Source: Priapulus caudatus (Eukaryota). Taken from it: a DNA stretch of 47,501 nt. The translations under genes and the position numbers were made by a program. The notes beneath the pieces are model-generated. The model was not told where the DNA came from. It made no database searches and was given only the letters and a program-made list of their open reading frames with translations. The stretch spans positions 1,704,359-1,751,859 of the forward strand of contig NW_014577062.1 in the NCBI RefSeq assembly GCF_000485595.1. Reading direction: 5' to 3'. Positions 46,097 to 47,501 of the stretch are shown one piece after another (positions within the stretch are counted from its first letter, which is position 1; every line of letters starts with the position of its first letter).

Positions 46097-47501
46097 TGTT
46101 GATGCTGATGCTGATGCCCCGCCCGGGAGTCTCCTCTGACGCCACCGCCAGCACGCGCGAAGCGGAAGTACGCGCTCGCGACACTTGTCGTGACCCCGTC
46201 TCCTGCCATACGGACTCATTCCTACTTCAATAACGCGCACGACTTCCCGCCATTAACCCTTTTCGGCTAATCAGTCTCTGAATCAGTAATACTCACCGAC
46301 GGCTGCTATCGTAGCGGGCGCGCGGAAACTGGCCAGCGTAAGCGCAAATGGCACGCAAGCGCTCTCCGTATTCGAGCGCGGCCGTTAAAAAGCTGTTCTC
46401 GCGTCTTATCTAGCGCCGTCTATTTCGTTTGTAAAAGCGAACCAGTAATACCAGGGGTCTCGAGTTAGAGCCGCCGGTAACCGTGGCATATATAGACGTG
46501 TGGGGCGGTCAGCGAGCGGGCGGCCGGTGCGCCGAGCAGTTATTATCGTCCGCGCTGCCCGTGAGGCTTACGCTTATAATAAACGCATAAGCGCGACCGC
46601 GTTCGAGACGCCACGCTGCGCCTGGTTTTGTGGATCAGACTGTAGCGCCACCGTGCGCCATACCAGACAGGTTATTGTGGCTAACAACAAACCTTGACCG
46701 AGGAGTTTCCTCATCGCGGTTGCGTAGCGGAAGACGGTCATCGAATTAGGCCATTTAGTTCCGAAATCTTTTTTTTGCATGCGCGCACGTAAAATTTTCG
46801 CCGTTTTCTATTCAATCGTCTCTGGACGAATGTGTTAAGAATATAGGGTTATGCAGCGTTAGGTCTAAAACGGCCTATACACGGCACAAGTACTTTTCTT
46901 CAGGAGTTAAAAACAGTGAGCCAATGATGAACGTCTATCATGAGCGGTATGGGCCGAAGCTATATCATCGACTGAAAATGAGATGAAAAATCTCGTGCTC
47001 TTCGTACCGTTACTTGTCGCCCAAATCAAATAAAAAACGAAAACATCAAAGTCGACCTCAATTATTTCGCTCTCGACCTGTTTTCATGTGTTTCAACGTT
47101 TTCGCGCCTTCGGAGGCTGCCAGTGTTGCTTTTGTTTGCGCAAAAAATACAAAAATGCGAGATGAACTAATACACAACGAGTTTCTAGTTCTGCGACGTG
47201 CATTTATTTTGGAATGGCCTCCCAAACCTCGCTAGTGCCGAGTCGCTCACGCTGAAAACGCCTGCAAGAACTATCCTGAACGAAATTTTCTCCTTCAGAT
47301 TCGAAAAGTGAATTGAAATCATCGCTAACGTATAAGAAATTTACCAGATGTGCATGCAGCAATGCCGGGCAATAAAACTCTGCACGCGCGTGCGTGCGTC
47401 AAGTAAAATCGCGATAAGAGACACCGGCGCCTTTAAGACGTATTCGATTAACTCGTGATCACTCTGACATATGACCCGGGTCGCCGAGCAAATCTACTGT
47501 G

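Noticed and set aside
44609..46240. Overlapping 130-195-aa ORFs and poly-HQ/ML/AD tracts
   Set aside because: GC-rich, stop-poor sequence plus an (ATGCTG)n repeat; no recognisable domain or splice structure.

Overview
Animal (invertebrate-like, TTAGGG-bearing) genomic DNA. The only supportable protein-coding gene is the 3' part of a lipase maturation factor 1 (LMF1) orthologue on the + strand: eight GT-AG exons from 420 to 15543 that splice in frame, with the 5' exons upstream of the window. Its last exon adds an unexpected C-terminal extension of about 240 aa, built mainly of 15 copies of a 13-aa (39-bp) repeat, and the repeat frame continues past the TGA. The intron at 941-3390 is almost entirely three elements: two TTAA-flanked Kolobok/T2-type non-autonomous transposons and a 108-bp inverted repeat carrying a minimal Penelope-type hammerhead ribozyme on each strand. 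The ~32 kb downstream is a CpG-rich desert with no recognisable genes. It holds MITEs (two with internal telomeric repeats), a Helentron-type HINE, a 2.9-kb 37-bp E-box satellite, minisatellites, microsatellites, two perfect CAAGAG...CTCTTG palindromes, homeodomain/POU motif clusters and two assembly gaps. Almost all ORF-track entries are low-complexity artefacts.
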